Shown here: positions 9,803 to 20,776 of the stretch, one piece after another
How the letters are laid out: each line of letters starts with the position of its first letter
How positions within the stretch are numbered: the stretch's first letter is position 1
Origin: Promethearchaeota archaeon
GTDB lineage: Archaea; Asgardarchaeota; Lokiarchaeia; Sigyniarchaeales; SOKP01
Reading direction: 5' to 3'
Length of the DNA: 64,000 nt
Assembly: GCA_019057795.1 (NCBI GenBank)
Contig: JAHLWS010000068.1
Coordinates: 27,377 to 91,376 of the forward strand
Notes under the pieces: generated by a model
Seen by the model: only the letters and a program-made list of their open reading frames with translations
Database searches by the model: none
Told to the model about the DNA's origin: nothing
Program-made: the position numbers and the translations under genes

Positions 9803-10207
9803 ATTTAAATTTTTATTTATTATTTTTTTTCGTTTCTTAAATTTAATATCTTTCCTAATTTGTACTCTTTTCATCTTAAGACAATATTTAAGACAATTTT
9901 GGCAATAATAGGTTGTATTTGCCAAACAATAAAAACCAATCTCAATTGTAGCCATACAATCCCTAAATTATAACAACACTCACTAATAAAATTAAATTGG
10001 TTTTTTTATTTATATACTTTAAGCTGTTTTGGGTAGTATGGTCCTTGTCGAATTACTTTACATACCATCTAGACTAGACTTTTTTTCCCCTAATGGGTTT
10101 TTTCGCCTTTTTTCATATTTCATACTCGTTTTTAACAAATAGGTAGGTAAATCGGCAAGTACTTTTCTTTTTTTTTTCTTTATATTTGAAGGCAATTAAC
10201 TCTTTAC

Positions 10208-10537
10208 ATGGAAAGTAAAAGCACAAGTAGAAATAGAAATTTTGAAAGGAAAATAAGCGAGTTGTTAAAGCAAAACGCGAAAAACCTCCATACTTGCCCG
10301 TTGTGCGGAGAGAGGATCGAGATCGGGATCGAAAAAGGAGTTTTATCTGAGATTTCGAAGGACGGTAATTACCCGTTCCCTCACATTCACCTACACGGAA
10401 GCCCTCTTCACGCTATGATCTGCTACGTGGACACGCACTTTGTCGTTCGAGGGGTAGGGAGCGTTCGCAGTATCGAGATTTCCCGAGACTCAGACACTTT
10501 ACAGCAGTTCGTGAAAAAATGGTCGAACGCGTATTAA
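10208..10537 (+). CDS. Small Zn-binding hypothetical protein (CxxC plus HxHxH)
   Basis: CPLCG...YPFPHIHLHGSPLHAMICYVD; co-oriented with and adjacent to the helicase. Confidence 0.7.
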   Translation: MESKSTSRNRNFERKISELLKQNAKNLHTCPLCGERIEIGIEKGVLSEISKDGNYPFPHIHLHGSPLHAMICYVDTHFVVRGVGSVRSIEISRDSDTLQQFVKKWSNAY

Positions 10538-10550
10538 TTGGTGATAAAAG

Positions 10551-13073
10551 ATTTCTTTAACTAACTTTACAAGCGCTCCAAAGGATAAGAAAGACCTAAA
10601 AGACGAGGAGATCTTTAGGTATATACAGGACGAAAGAATACTTCGAGTTTTGTTCGAGCTAAAGATATTTAACTTGCGAGAAATTCAGAAAGAAGCGATT
10701 CAGAGAGGGTTATTTTTTCGCAAGTCCTTTTTAGTGTGTGCTCCCTCTGGAAGCGGTAAGACCTTAATAGGAGAAGTGTGTGCTGTTAACAACGTGTTTC
10801 AAAAGTTCGGTAAATCCATATATCTCGTGCCGTATAAAGCTTTAGCCACCGAGAAATACGTTCACTTTAAAAAAAGCTACAAGCGTTTTGGGGTTAAAAC
10901 CGAGCTGTCCATCGGCGATTACGACGTGGATGACGACAAGTTAGAACAAGCGGACATAGTGGTAACCACGTACGAAAAAATGGATTCAATTCTAAGAAAT
11001 TTTTACGACAAAGAATGGATTTTCGATATATCTACCATAATTATAGACGAAATACACATAGTCGGTGAGTCCGATCGTGGCCCTCGTTTAGAATCTCTAA
11101 TAGTAAGATTGAACGAGTTTTTACACAACCCGCAAATTATAGGGCTTTCGGCAACCATCGCGAACCCCGAATTTTTTAACGATTGGCTCACATCTTTAGG
11201 AAACCAAACTACTCTTATCATCTCGGACGACCGACCTGTGCCTCTCCACTATAGAATTGAAGTGACTCAGAACAAAGATTCTACCCTTAAGAAAATAATT
11301 AAGGCCACTCTAAACGATGGCGGTCAAGCGTTGATTTTTCTAAACAGAAGAAAATCGACTCAAATGACGGCTCAAAACTTAAAAAACTTAGTTAAAGCGC
11401 TCATCTCCGAAAAAGAGCTGAAAGCGTGCAAAAAAATAGGCGACAAACTCAACAAAATTAAAGGAAGGCACAGCGAGTTAAAGAAAGTAGTAAAATGTGG
11501 GGTTGCGTTCCATCACGCGGGATTGCTTCCCAAAGAAAGAAAGTTCGTCGAGGACGCTTATCGGAAACACGCCTTAAAAGTTATCTGCTGTACCACTACA
11601 TTAAGTGCGGGCATAAACGTCCCTGCTCGAGTAGTGGTATTAAAAGACTTCAAAAAATACGTCACTTCAGGGCACAACATAAAGAATTTTAAAGGATTTT
11701 ACGAAAACGGAGACGGATTTTCTTACTTTAAAGCGTTTTCCGCTAACGAGGTGTTTCAGATGCTTGGTCGCGCAGGTAGACCCGGTTTAGACGAAGTTGG
11801 GTACGGTATCGTGCTAGTAAAGGGTGTTGAGGAGCGGGATTGGGTAGAAGATCACTACTTTCAAAATTCTTTTCCGTCTAAAACTTATTTACCGAAATAC
11901 AACGATTTGGTTTCTGGGTTAAACAGAATAAACACCTTAAAAGAGCAAGTTCTACTGCGCGTGTACGAAGAGAAGCGCATAACGCTCGAAAAATTAAAAG
12001 AATTCTTTCAGAAAACTTACTTTTGGTACGGCGTAAAAAACAAGATGAAAACACAAGACATTCCCATCGACCAAATCCTAATGATTAAAGAAATCACTCC
12101 GAAAAACATTTTAAAGCTTCATTCCGACCCTCAAAAAGTAAAAAAACTGACTAACAACCACCATCAAATAAAAATTACTAAGCTTAACAGTTCAACGATT
12201 TCGGGTTATATCAAGACCGATTTTGGCGTGTTTCTTTGCGAGTTCGACGTGGACCTCGGTATCAGGTGCTCTTGTGGTTTTGAAAACGGTATATCCGATA
12301 ACTACGCAAACGACCAGTTTTCCTTCGAGTTTTGCGACCACATCACCGCCTTTTTGCTTCATCTAATAGAAATACCGGACAAGAACTTCCAAAAATACGT
12401 GAACGACATTGTACCAAAATCCGTTAAGAACCAATACATCCTCAATTATCTCTTCGAGAAAGGATTGATTTTAAAGCGCGAGGATGGTACTATTAAATGC
12501 TCGCAGTTTGGTAAGCTTATAATTCGGCTTTACCTATACCCCGTCTCTGGAGTGTTGATAAGGTACAAGCTGGAAAAAGTCGAAATAGAGACTGTTAAAG
12601 ACGTCGTAAAAGCAGCTTACGAAGTTCTGAAAGCAGAAGGGAGAACGAGGAACTACAAGTTGCTCCAACCGGTATTAGAGTGGTGCGACGAGGAACCGTT
12701 AGACGATATTTTAGAAAGACACAAAATTATGGCGGGCGACCTTTACAGTACCAGAGACAACCTCGAGAGGATTATTACTTTTATAGGAATTATTGCTATG
12801 CACTTGGCTGAGTCCGACTTCGACTTGCAAGACAAGTTGATAAACATAACCGAGATGGCGGAAACGCTAAGAATTAGGATGCATTACGGAATAAGAGAGG
12901 AATTGTTCGACTTAGTGCTAAGGTTAGACAACGTGGCGAGGGTTCGAGCGCGGATGTTGTATAACGCGGGTTATCACACGGTAGCGCAGGTCAGGAAAGA
13001 AAACCCCTACGTATTAAATCGAAAAACCGGGTTAGGGATTAACCTGTGTAAAAAAATAATTGGAAAAAATTGA
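10551..13073 (+). CDS. hel308: Ski2-like (Hel308-type) DExH helicase with an inserted SWIM zinc finger and C-terminal HhH
   Basis: APSGSGKT, DEIH, LSAT, FHHAGL and QMLGRAGRPGLD motifs; CSC-x21-CDH SWIM; C-terminal RVRARMLYNAGY. The frame is open from 10548; the start is proposed at ATT 10551 after GGTGAT (ORF track gives TTG 10650). Confidence 0.85.
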   Translation: MSLTNFTSAPKDKKDLKDEEIFRYIQDERILRVLFELKIFNLREIQKEAIQRGLFFRKSFLVCAPSGSGKTLIGEVCAVNNVFQKFGKSIYLVPYKALATEKYVHFKKSYKRFGVKTELSIGDYDVDDDKLEQADIVVTTYEKMDSILRNFYDKEWIFDISTIIIDEIHIVGESDRGPRLESLIVRLNEFLHNPQIIGLSATIANPEFFNDWLTSLGNQTTLIISDDRPVPLHYRIEVTQNKDSTLKKIIKATLNDGGQALIFLNRRKSTQMTAQNLKNLVKALISEKELKACKKIGDKLNKIKGRHSELKKVVKCGVAFHHAGLLPKERKFVEDAYRKHALKVICCTTTLSAGINVPARVVVLKDFKKYVTSGHNIKNFKGFYENGDGFSYFKAFSANEVFQMLGRAGRPGLDEVGYGIVLVKGVEERDWVEDHYFQNSFPSKTYLPKYNDLVSGLNRINTLKEQVLLRVYEEKRITLEKLKEFFQKTYFWYGVKNKMKTQDIPIDQILMIKEITPKNILKLHSDPQKVKKLTNNHHQIKITKLNSSTISGYIKTDFGVFLCEFDVDLGIRCSCGFENGISDNYANDQFSFEFCDHITAFLLHLIEIPDKNFQKYVNDIVPKSVKNQYILNYLFEKGLILKREDGTIKCSQFGKLIIRLYLYPVSGVLIRYKLEKVEIETVKDVVKAAYEVLKAEGRTRNYKLLQPVLEWCDEEPLDDILERHKIMAGDLYSTRDNLERIITFIGIIAMHLAESDFDLQDKLINITEMAETLRIRMHYGIREELFDLVLRLDNVARVRARMLYNAGYHTVAQVRKENPYVLNRKTGLGINLCKKIIGKN

Positions 13074-13258
13074 AATTAGAATAGATTTCAAGCTCAACTA
13101 CCATCGAAACAATAGCTTAATCTTAGGGAAGAAATAAGTTAAGTTTATTAATTAAAACGATTCTTTATAGCCTTGGTTTCTATTTTTTGACCTTTTTCCT
13201 TTTCAATTGCTCAGGGTTATTTATTATTCATAATTTTTTTGCTTCTAAATTTAAAACT

Positions 13259-14794
13259 TTAGCTAAAATCAAATTCAAAATAGGGAGGAAAAACAAATAA
13301 TCTAATTTTGATTAAGTTGCTACCTGATGTTTTAGAATAACCGCTAAGCATTCCTTGGATTTTTAACATTAAATTAGTATCAATTTCTGATTTCAATACA
13401 ATTGGTGAATGAGATTCAACAATTTTATCTATTGACGAATGTTCAATTTTGTCGGATGAGAAAGATTGATTATAATCATATACAATATCCAAATTAATCC
13501 TTTGTGTTATTTTAAATTCTTCATTACTAATTTCCATATCAATTGATTTATCGTACACATTCTTTATAGAGCTATGTTTTTGGTTCAGTTCCTCGATAAT
13601 AGGGAATAATTCGCTATGTTTTTCGTAATTATTTTTTTGGAATTTATTTATTTCTTCAAATGATGCAGTCATAGCGATGTCCTTGAAAGGGTAATTAACT
13701 TTTAAGGTTTGGAAACATTTATTGCGCTTATAAAACTTAACTTTATCAGATTTAATGATGCTAAATAATATTCTTTCTATCAGAAGGCAAAAACAATTCA
13801 TATCTTCGTGAAATTTTTTATCATTTGGATCAGGAAGGATGCCATTATGAAAGAAATTATTTCTATGTTCATAGAATTTATCAATAATATTGTAAATATC
13901 TTTTAAATTTGATCTTGATATCTCCAGATCCTTATGATTTGGTAATAATGCCTTATCGGCAAACAACTTAACCTTCTTCCTTATTGATATATGGTTATTT
14001 AATTTGTCTTTAACTTGGTCAACAAAATCGTCTTTAAGATCTTCTATACAAACTAATTCGCTTCTAGGTATTTTTTGTACAAATGATTTTAGGTTTTTTT
14101 TTAATTCTCCTAATTGCTTTCTAGTAAATAATTTCAAATTATAATTATGTATCTGCTTGAAATATAAAGTAGATAAAACTTCAAGGCAAATCCAATAATC
14201 AGATATTTTGCGAATTATCTGCGTTGCAGTCTTACCTTCTTTATATAAAAACCAGCATAAGAAGAAATTATAATAGAAATCATTGATATTGCGTATATCT
14301 TTCACATTATTAAAAGATTCATTTAGAAATGATTGTAAATTTCCTGTATGAATACGTTTTCCAAAAATAAACGGATCTGTGGTTTTAAGTTCTCTCTTTA
14401 TTATATAATCATAGATTCTTACAACTCGATATTCATTCTCAACCAGTTCCAAAATATTGACAGTTTCGAGCTTTAAATGATTTGTAAATATTAATCCAAT
14501 TAGAGAGATAAAAAAATCGTAAATCTTAGGAATTATGTCTGAGACGTTATTGATATCAGAGTTAAATTGAATATCTTTTTTTAATTGAACATAGATTTCA
14601 GATTTATTATTCCATTCACAGGTTATATCTGGGATGTTGGTATTATCTTTACATAGTTCTAAAAGTTCGTCTAATTTTTGTTTATAATCTGATGGAATTA
14701 TGAATAAAAGGTCTGTTTCTATAATATACGATATGTCTAAACCAGAATATTTGAGACACATAAAGTATTTCTTATTTCCTTTTGTCATACTCAT
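13259..14794 (-). CDS. HEPN-domain protein (ApeA-like architecture), putative RNase toxin/defence protein
   Basis: YWICLEVL helix and an R-x4-H motif (YEHRNNFFHNG). Very AT-rich compared with the flanks. Likely start is ATG 14794 or 14788. Confidence 0.65.
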   Translation of the reverse strand: MSMTKGNKKYFMCLKYSGLDISYIIETDLLFIIPSDYKQKLDELLELCKDNTNIPDITCEWNNKSEIYVQLKKDIQFNSDINNVSDIIPKIYDFFISLIGLIFTNHLKLETVNILELVENEYRVVRIYDYIIKRELKTTDPFIFGKRIHTGNLQSFLNESFNNVKDIRNINDFYYNFFLCWFLYKEGKTATQIIRKISDYWICLEVLSTLYFKQIHNYNLKLFTRKQLGELKKNLKSFVQKIPRSELVCIEDLKDDFVDQVKDKLNNHISIRKKVKLFADKALLPNHKDLEISRSNLKDIYNIIDKFYEHRNNFFHNGILPDPNDKKFHEDMNCFCLLIERILFSIIKSDKVKFYKRNKCFQTLKVNYPFKDIAMTASFEEINKFQKNNYEKHSELFPIIEELNQKHSSIKNVYDKSIDMEISNEEFKITQRINLDIVYDYNQSFSSDKIEHSSIDKIVESHSPIVLKSEIDTNLMLKIQGMLSGYSKTSGSNLIKIRLFVFPPYFEFDFS

Positions 14795-15097
14795 CCCTAC
14801 TCTAACGCGAGTAGTTTCCCTTTTCGTTATTTTTGTCTTTGTTTTTACTTTTACTTTTTGGGCTTTACAATTTTCATTAAAAGAAACAAAGTGTAAAGAT
14901 CCAAAAATTCTATCGCTCCTGGCATAATCACCACAAATCAATTTACCTATTTAAATCATTGTTCGGGATTAGTAATAATTGTTTATTTTTGGTATTTTTT
15001 TTTATTTTTTAATAATTTTATAAGTTTTGAATCTTCCAGCAACCTAAAACTATTAAAATTTTTCCTTTTTAAATTCTTAATCTAAGATCTTTCTATA

Positions 15098-15382
15098 ATG
15101 GACTCTAAGACTAAAGACGATCCGTCTGATCCGTTTGACCTGAACTTCAAAAGAAAAGTTAGGATAAAGGATTTTTTAGTCTTCAAAGAATCGAAGGACG
15201 ACCAAGATAACTACGTAATCAAACGATTCGAAAAAACAAAAGAGCAGAACCTTGAAGTTTTACAATTCATCCAGAAAATGATTAGGAGCAATCCGGACAT
15301 GAACTCGAGTCAAGTAAAAATTTATTTAAAGCACCAACGTTTCTTTATAAAACTATATTTGAAAGAAATCAACAAAGAATAA
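15098..15382 (+). CDS. Hypothetical protein
   Basis: 94-aa ATG ORF with coding-like composition; no motif recognised. Confidence 0.55.
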   Translation: MDSKTKDDPSDPFDLNFKRKVRIKDFLVFKESKDDQDNYVIKRFEKTKEQNLEVLQFIQKMIRSNPDMNSSQVKIYLKHQRFFIKLYLKEINKE

Positions 15383-15463
15383 TAATGATATATAATTTTT
15401 TTTTAAATACATGTGCGATTTTTTGGTAGTAAAAAAACATAAATCGTAAAAAAGCAGATTAAA

Positions 15464-16495
15464 ATGAGTTCACAAGCAGAAAAGAAAGAAAATCGCGAAC
15501 CGCTCATAGTAGAGGTTTTGGAGTACGACAACCTAGAAATTATTATTTCGAAAATAGTAGTCCCTTTTTCTAATTTTGAGAAAACCTCAAACGCTCCCGA
15601 CTTATATTCTGGTAGCGAAAAAATACCTTTCCAAGCGCGCGACCCGCTATATAAAAGTGCGATGAGTCTTTCGATTTTCCAGAAACAAAAAGAAAACCTC
15701 AACGATAGTTTCAAAAGGGAATTTGCCGAGCTTAAAAAGGTAAAAGCCAAAAAGCTCGATCAGAACATCGCCACGCCAGAGTTTGACCGAAAAAGGTTTA
15801 CCGTTCTATTATCGTTACAACTTAGAATCTTTTCCGAGGATTTTAACAATCTAATACCCAACTCTGAGAATTTTACAACCGATTTAGAAGGAAAGTGGCT
15901 CGATTTATTAGAAGTTTTTAAGGACTTTTGCAACCGCGTTTTCAACGGTAGAGGGTACTTAAAAGCAGAAAAGAGCTTCCGAAACCTGCAAAGTGAGATC
16001 GCTTCTGATTACGCTTATAGTACGGATAGACTCGAACAAGCTCGTAAAAGAATAGTTCAACACAACCAATTGGTAGAGGAACTATTTAACGGAAAGGAAG
16101 ACGAAATGAAAGTCAATTTCGACCAAATACAAAGAGGAACGCACTTATATTTTGTTACTTCAAAGGGTAAAAGCAGTTTCAATTTTAGACAAAGTTCGGA
16201 TTATTTCAACATTGGAAGAAGTAAAAGAGGGGAAAAGTGGGAAGATGTAGACCTCTCCTCAGTAGACAGTTTTCGAACCTACGACCTTTCTGAGACTCAA
16301 GAAGTTCCAGAAAACCCCATCTACAGAGTTAAAGAGGTTAAACCTAACGAGATCGTGCTTATCGACACGGACACGAAAGAGACCGTAAAAATCTTAGCGA
16401 ACAGAAAGTACTCCCCTCAGGTTATTTACTTTCACCACCAATACAAGCCACAAGTTAAAACTTACAAGAAAACCGACCTAAAAGAGTTTTTTTAA
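15464..16495 (+). CDS. Hypothetical protein
   Basis: 343-aa ORF; no motif recognised. Confidence 0.7.
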   Translation: MSSQAEKKENREPLIVEVLEYDNLEIIISKIVVPFSNFEKTSNAPDLYSGSEKIPFQARDPLYKSAMSLSIFQKQKENLNDSFKREFAELKKVKAKKLDQNIATPEFDRKRFTVLLSLQLRIFSEDFNNLIPNSENFTTDLEGKWLDLLEVFKDFCNRVFNGRGYLKAEKSFRNLQSEIASDYAYSTDRLEQARKRIVQHNQLVEELFNGKEDEMKVNFDQIQRGTHLYFVTSKGKSSFNFRQSSDYFNIGRSKRGEKWEDVDLSSVDSFRTYDLSETQEVPENPIYRVKEVKPNEIVLIDTDTKETVKILANRKYSPQVIYFHHQYKPQVKTYKKTDLKEFF

Positions 16496-16654
16496 CCTTT
16501 TTTAACAAAAGTTTACAGTTTTCTTATCCTCACCGTATTTAAACAAAAAAAAGAGATAGGGTATAATTAGTTTGCTAATTATATAAAAGTTGAAATCACT
16601 TGTTTCTTTTAATAATAAATAAATCTTATTATTTGATTCGTATAATTTATTATT

Positions 16655-19252
16655 ATGTTAATTTGCATAAGTAACTTAATTGAAACTGAAAGAGATTCAG
16701 AAGAGATTTCGCTGCTTCCAAGCCCTCTCTATTATAAGCTAATTAATTCTCAACTTTTACAATTCAGCGGAAAATCTTTAATTTTAACTGATATACCTAA
16801 AGAAAATTGGTTTGTTTTAGATCAGTTTATAGATCATTTTCAGCATTATGAAAAAGAATTTGAATTAGATATACAGTACGACATGAATCATTTGAATACA
16901 GCAGAGAACGATAAAGTGATTTCGAGTTTGTGTAAAAATTATTTCCCACAACTAGATTTAAATAGTATTAAAACAAACCAAAACGCAATCGAACAAGGAT
17001 ACTTTCTTTTTTCTAAAAATTCGACAGTACATTTAAAAGCAGATTCTCTTCAAGGATTTTTCTATGGGATTCAAACTTTAATTCAACTGATGAATTCGAC
17101 TTCGACTAAGAAATTGATAAGTCAAGTAGCCATTATTGATTACCCCCTATTAACAATTAGAGGAGTGTCGGATGATATTTCGAGAGGTCAAGCAGCAACG
17201 GTAGAAAATCTCAAGAAGTTTATCAAAGTACTGAGTCATTTCAAAATAAACCATTATTATTTAGTTTATATGCAGGATATGTTTAAATTTGAAAAATATC
17301 CTGATATTGGCAAAGGCAGAGGAGCTTATTCTAAAGCAGAAATAAAAGATTTATTCGCTTATGCGAAAAAACATTTTGTAGAATTAATACCTATTTTTCA
17401 AACGATTGGTCACTGGGACAACATTCTTCACAATGAAAAATATTGGCAATATGGGGAATTTCCAGGCTCAAATAGTTTGAACATCGCAAACGACAAAATC
17501 TATGAGATATTAGATTGTATGATAAGGGATTTAAGTGAAGTGTTCAAATCGGAATACTTCCATATAGGCGCAGATGAAAGTTGGGATGTAGGGAAAGGAG
17601 CTTCAAAAGAATATGTAGACAAGAGAGGAATTGGTAATGCGTACTTAAAACATTACAAAAAGATTTACGAAATCGTTAAAAGTCATGGATATAAAAAAAT
17701 CATTATATACCATGATATCCTCTACAAATATCGAGAAGTTTTAGAAGGTTTACCCAAGGATACGATTGTAATGTATTGGAAATATAATACCAAAGAAAAC
17801 CATCCAATTTTAAAAAAAATAAAAGAATTTAAATTTCCCATAATTGTTAGCCCTTCTATTAAAGATTACAATCGATTGTTTCCATCGTTCACCCGCTCTG
17901 AAAAAAACATATCAAACCTAATTAAAAACGGTTATGAAAACGGAGCTATAGGAGAAATAAGTTCGAGTTGGGGAGATTATAGAAACAAAGAAATCAGAGA
18001 AAATAGAATTTACGGATTTATTTACTCTTCTCAAGTAGGCTGGAATCCAATAAAGGATGTAAATCCAATTAAATTTTGGAAAAGTCTTTTACTTCATTTT
18101 TATGGAATTAACGATCTTAGGTTATTTAAAATTATAAGAGCCTTAAGAGCTGTTGAAGATAAAAAGCGTTTACATACAAGACCTACTTTTTATTATAATC
18201 ACTTTTTCAGCCACCCATATAACAAAAAAAGTTCGTTATATAGAAAAAATCTAAAGACTTCTAAATTTGATTCTTTAATCAAAAATATGGATGAAATCAT
18301 TGTCATATGTAAGGATTTAGAGAAAACTGTGCCAAAGAACAAGGAAAACATTAGAGTCCTAGCCTTCATTGCGAAGCATATTAAATTTTACTGCAATAAG
18401 AGAATTAACTCTAAAAAATTAGTTGATTTTCGGCCTAAAAGGGTAAAAGACGAATATTTATTACTCGTAATAAAAGAAATCGAGGCTTTAAAAAGGGAGT
18501 TAAACGAACTCCTAAAGGAATACGAAATCTTGTGGTTGAGCGTTGCAAAAGAAGATGGTTTTGAATCAATAAAGAGGAAATATTTGTGGTTACTGAAATT
18601 TTACGATGAAAAAGTCGAAGAAACTCAAAACAGAAGCAAATGGCGGGACCCAAATATTCCTAGTGAATTAATTTACCTAGATGCTAAGAAAAAGCACCAA
18701 ATTCACACTACTTACTTTAAAAAAACGATTGAAATCGACGAAGAAATTGAAAGTGCTTACTTACAAGTAATTGGAGGGACTTTTGCAAAAATCAGCCTAA
18801 ATAAGAATCATATCGGCCATGTAATAACTAAACATTCGTTAAATTATGTAGTTTTAGAAAATAATATTCAAATATTTGATATTAAAAAGTATCTAAAACA
18901 TGGTGAAAATCAAATCATTATCGAAAATAAGGATTATAGCGGAGGAATTGGACCAATTAACATATATGGCGAAATTAAACTAAAATCAGGTCAGACAAGT
19001 CTAATTAAATCTGATAAGACATGGTTAGGGGCAAGAAATCACGATGGTCCATGGAAAATTGTTAAAAGTTTTGGTAGCCCTCCTAAAGTTACTGGAGGAT
19101 TATGTTATCCCGATTTTGAGCACAATATTCATTCATTAGAAGGCGATATGATGACTGTTTTTAACGCTTTAATTGGTCGGATTCCAAGAAAGTTATATTG
19201 GGTTTTAAAAATAGTTATAAAGCTATTTCACCGTTACGACATTCTAGAATGA
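16655..19252 (+). CDS. Glycoside hydrolase family 20 (beta-N-acetylhexosaminidase-like) with a C-terminal beta-sandwich domain
   Basis: [15 protein letters not shown]...[18 protein letters not shown] and catalytic HIGADE; no signal peptide. Confidence 0.9.
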   Translation: MLICISNLIETERDSEEISLLPSPLYYKLINSQLLQFSGKSLILTDIPKENWFVLDQFIDHFQHYEKEFELDIQYDMNHLNTAENDKVISSLCKNYFPQLDLNSIKTNQNAIEQGYFLFSKNSTVHLKADSLQGFFYGIQTLIQLMNSTSTKKLISQVAIIDYPLLTIRGVSDDISRGQAATVENLKKFIKVLSHFKINHYYLVYMQDMFKFEKYPDIGKGRGAYSKAEIKDLFAYAKKHFVELIPIFQTIGHWDNILHNEKYWQYGEFPGSNSLNIANDKIYEILDCMIRDLSEVFKSEYFHIGADESWDVGKGASKEYVDKRGIGNAYLKHYKKIYEIVKSHGYKKIIIYHDILYKYREVLEGLPKDTIVMYWKYNTKENHPILKKIKEFKFPIIVSPSIKDYNRLFPSFTRSEKNISNLIKNGYENGAIGEISSSWGDYRNKEIRENRIYGFIYSSQVGWNPIKDVNPIKFWKSLLLHFYGINDLRLFKIIRALRAVEDKKRLHTRPTFYYNHFFSHPYNKKSSLYRKNLKTSKFDSLIKNMDEIIVICKDLEKTVPKNKENIRVLAFIAKHIKFYCNKRINSKKLVDFRPKRVKDEYLLLVIKEIEALKRELNELLKEYEILWLSVAKEDGFESIKRKYLWLLKFYDEKVEETQNRSKWRDPNIPSELIYLDAKKKHQIHTTYFKKTIEIDEEIESAYLQVIGGTFAKISLNKNHIGHVITKHSLNYVVLENNIQIFDIKKYLKHGENQIIIENKDYSGGIGPINIYGEIKLKSGQTSLIKSDKTWLGARNHDGPWKIVKSFGSPPKVTGGLCYPDFEHNIHSLEGDMMTVFNALIGRIPRKLYWVLKIVIKLFHRYDILE

Positions 19253-19307
19253 ATATTAAGATGATAAAATTAAAAAAAAAAAAAAAAATAAATAAGTTGC
19301 TCAATTA

Positions 19308-20600
19308 TCAATCTTTTTCTCTTATTACAATTGGTTCAGGATTGTAAAGAATTTCTTGTATTTTAAGCCTATCTCCTGCGTCCGCTCTTCCTTTCGAAAG
19401 AATTGCAATTGTCAACCATTCAAAGGACCCCTTGAACTCTACTTTTTCCCACAGTTTTACTATTATATACCAAAAGAGAACAACAATAGCAAGAAGTAGC
19501 AAAAGTTGGTAACCGTTTAGTTTTCCATCTAAAGCACCCCACCCGGTTACGGCATCGAAAATCAATACAGGGAAGATAGTAAGCCATTGAAAACTCCAAA
19601 TTGTCAATAACAACATGTTGAATCGTCTAAAGAAGATAGTTTTCTTTCCAAACTTTTCTGCTTTTCCCCTATAATCTACTAAATGAAGAATTAAAGTACC
19701 AATGGCTATCTCTCCAGCTGCTACAAAACTAAACAAGAATAAACTATCGCCTTCTAAATCAAAACCAAGTATTAACCCTGAAATAATCGCAGTTATGAAA
19801 AGGAACAAAGCGCTCAAATAAGACCATTTTAAAAAATTCTTTGTTATTCTTCCCTCGCCTATATAAGAGCCCGCAATCAAACCAAAAAGTGAAATCGAGA
19901 GAAAAGGGATAAGAGGAGTAAATCTATTTATAAACGGTACAATTAAGATATAGGTGAAATTAGTCCAAAAATCGCGATTAATCCAATTGTTCCAAGGACT
20001 CCTGAAATCTACCATGTAGGCATTCCCTAATTCAGTTACTAAGGGGCGTAAAAGCAAAATGATAATTAAGAGAGTAAGAGAAAGGATTAGAATCTTCTTA
20101 GTAGACCATCCTTTATACAAACAATAAGCGTAAATTCCACTGATAATTATGGTGGCAATACCTACAGTTTGCAAAACATTGATTCGAAATAATTCATTCC
20201 CCAGATTCAACCAAACATCGCTTTCACCTAAGATTACATCTAATAGCAAGCCATTAAGCAACCCTTCTGATATAAAGCCAAAAACCCAAATTATAAAGCC
20301 CCGTATCGCTTGATTTTTAAATACTTTTAAGGCTGCCGGTTTTTTCTCCATTATCTCGATATTCTTATTCCACTGTCTTCTAGTTGAAATTGTATTGCCA
20401 ATGGCAGACATTAAGATAAAAAGACCATCGAAATATCCTAAGTAAACCAGAACTACGCCTAAAAGCAATATTAATATGTGAGCATCTCCAGCTATGATCT
20501 TGTCAATTTCATCAGAAAACGCAACATTTAGAACATGAAAGCATACAACTCCCAAAATACCAACGCCTTTGATAAAGTCGAAACTTATATATCGTTTCAT
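19308..20600 (-). CDS. Multi-TM membrane acyltransferase-like protein (DUF1624/HGSNAT/OpgC superfamily)
   Basis: N-terminal RYISFDFIKG.....V..FH, NVLQTVG, C-terminal KGSFEW; about 10 TMs. Confidence 0.65.
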   Translation of the reverse strand: MKRYISFDFIKGVGILGVVCFHVLNVAFSDEIDKIIAGDAHILILLLGVVLVYLGYFDGLFILMSAIGNTISTRRQWNKNIEIMEKKPAALKVFKNQAIRGFIIWVFGFISEGLLNGLLLDVILGESDVWLNLGNELFRINVLQTVGIATIIISGIYAYCLYKGWSTKKILILSLTLLIIILLLRPLVTELGNAYMVDFRSPWNNWINRDFWTNFTYILIVPFINRFTPLIPFLSISLFGLIAGSYIGEGRITKNFLKWSYLSALFLFITAIISGLILGFDLEGDSLFLFSFVAAGEIAIGTLILHLVDYRGKAEKFGKKTIFFRRFNMLLLTIWSFQWLTIFPVLIFDAVTGWGALDGKLNGYQLLLLLAIVVLFWYIIVKLWEKVEFKGSFEWLTIAILSKGRADAGDRLKIQEILYNPEPIVIREKD

Positions 20601-20776
20601 TTTCCATCAATCTTTTTGTGAAATTTATTTATTTAAAAATTAAATAACACTTTGCTGTTAAAGTATATAAAATTGAAACATATTTTAGAAAGAATATAAT
20701 TTTTTAGCCCAAGTTAAGAGAAGTTCCATTTCATCAAATATTATCACTAATTAAGATCTTCTTCAAATAATATCAA

